From positions 29,698,001-29,762,000 of the forward strand of contig OZ076417.1 in NCBI GenBank assembly GCA_964187785.1: 64,000 bases of DNA, read 5' to 3'. This DNA comes from Amphiscolops sp. MND2022. Lineage: Eukaryota. Made by a program: the position numbers and the translations under genes. The notes beneath the pieces are model-generated. The model ran no database searches. It was not told where the DNA came from and saw only the letters and a list, made by a program, of their open reading frames with translations. Within the stretch, counting starts at the first letter, position 1, and every line of letters starts with the position of its first letter. This document shows, piece by piece, positions 62,119 through 64,000 of the stretch.

Positions 62119-64000
62119 CTCAAACTCTAACTAAATTTAAATAAACTGTGACTTGAAACGCAATAATACTTTTGTCTAGCAAAAATCCCAAATAAAACTA
62201 GTGAATGCGTTCTAGATTTTTATGCTCTCGCAAAATTGGATGAAATAATACCGGAAATGTAAAATACACGTTTACCGCGCGCAAATTTGAGCGGAAATGA
62301 AATAAGGAAGCAAAATAATCCAAAAATGATTTCACGCATGTTTGTCTGGACGAGTCAACCACGACAAATGAAACATTCACAACCTGAAAATTAGAATAAA
62401 ACTACCCCAAGATAAAAGAGACCATAAGCTAATCTAAATGGAAATACATCAAAACTAATCCCGAAAAATTACATTTCATTTGGACCTAAAACAGGAAATT
62501 ACAGGGAAACAACACACCGTGGTAGTTAAGCCTTTTCTTAGAAAGACAGCTTAATTACTCTTTTGAACAGCAATTAAAGCGATTTAGGACGTCAATACTG
62601 CGCTGAGTAAACAATGCGGCGAAAGAAACAAGAGTACATGTATAATTGTCGTCAGAAAGACGCAGACAAGTTTGAAGGCATACCAATTGACGTCACTGCC
62701 TCGCATACGCATACCAGAAAATCATTCCAATTATCCGCCTATACTAATAGCATTGCTAGAAATCATTCCAATTTACCGCCACTGTGACGTCACTGCTCCG
62801 GTAGCTAGCGAGAGACTCATTTCTAAAATACTCGGCAGCGTTGCGTCAAACTAGTCAAAATCTCTACTCTGCCAAGAAAACTCGTCAACATGACGTTGAC
62901 AAGTTTATGAAATTCAACTCTGCCAAGAAAACTCGTCAACATGACGTTGACAAGTTTATGAAATTGAATAAAATGGATGAATTTGCTGAATTTAGTCAAG
63001 TTTTCATCGCGTAAAAGCCGTTGTTTCTTAAGGAAAGGAAATTGCAGACTGTTGCAAATTGTATAATGAACGTATTGTCGATTTTTTATGGTTTAAGGTC
63101 TCAACTTAGAATGCGTTCTGACACATGTAGGATAATCTCAACCTCACGTTAAGTAACAACCATGTATCCTTAACAAGAAGGGAACTTCCGCGCATGAACC
63201 ATCTTATTACAAGATTCCACAGTAAATTAATTAGGAAGTCACAGTTTATTCTCTCCAACTAGAAGCTTATTATGTACCAGAAATGTATTTTTCATATGTT
63301 TTGCATTTTCGTATTCCACAACATTGAGCGCTGTATTTGTGATTGTGTCCATATTTTCCTATATCAGTGCATCCAGCTGTTGTTCAGTTATTTATATTGT
63401 GTTGATGTTGCTATTTAACAAACGTTGCTGTTAATTTTATAAATCTTGTCGCATTTAACGCGACATGACAAGGTTGCTAACAAAGTATTATTTTCATATC
63501 GCGATTTCATTCTCATCTCTATCAAAGGATTGAGCCCAAATTCATAAAATATCGTCTCAGCGTCGTTTAAATATTCTTATTTTGGAATTAGTCATAGCAT
63601 TTTTACCAAAGCGAAATTCAAAATCAGGTATTTTTTGTTCACGTCAGCGTCATCTCAGCGTCAATTTCCCGCGAACCAAAGCAGTAAAACAGGGAAGCAT
63701 TTCCGGTTTGACAGACTGAAGTAATATCTACTTCCTGCTTGGGAGGAAGCAAAAGGACGCCGAGATGAAATGATATGATCAAACTTGATGACTAATACTA
63801 AATGAAGAACATCGTGTCTCAAAAATTGACGAAACGTCGACGTAAAATTGGGAACAAAATGATTTTTTCATCGGAAATACAGGAAATGACTAATTGTTCA
63901 AGGAAAATTAGGGCTTTGTTCGTGATCAAATGATGCTGGGAGGGTATAAATATGATAGGATTTGATGATTGAGGGACTCAGTCTTTTGCAATTGTACAAT
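62015..64000 (+). repeat. 3' LTR (truncated by the window end)
   Basis: Direct repeat of 48162-50140, starting TGTCACAG. Confidence 0.92.

Larger units (their letters stand above)
48162..64000 (+). mobile_element. Near-intact Ty3/Gypsy LTR retrotransposon with accessory genes (3' LTR runs off the window)
   Basis: Direct repeats starting TGTCACAG at 48162 and 62015 flank intact gag and pol (PR-RT-RH-IN order). Confidence 0.95.

Overview
AT-rich eukaryotic (animal-like) genomic window, mostly transposable elements. The main feature is an apparently intact ~16-kb Ty3/Gypsy LTR retrotransposon (48162 to the window end; LTRs of at least 1.98 kb). It has gag and pol joined by a -1 frameshift signal. 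Between pol and the 3' LTR it carries (i) a 7-exon antisense gene that I could splice in phase across six uniform 114-136 nt GT-AG introns into a ~1090-aa protein (one +1 nt correction needed) resembling a BED-finger, catalytically dead hAT transposase, (ii) a tandem array of a palindromic TGACGTC..CATAACG..GACAA motif that also occurs in the LTR U3, and (iii) a divergent acidic ORF that runs into the 3' LTR. The rest of the window holds three decayed Gypsy fragments (two with env-like ORFs), a decayed BEL/Pao element, three CCC...GGG/TA CACTA-like non-autonomous elements (one enclosing a ~20 x 350-bp satellite with higher-order structure), a MITE with its empty site preserved next door, several local tandem duplications, two paralogous intronless claudin-like tetraspan genes and candidate host exons. 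All assignments are by eye from motifs; no database searches were run.
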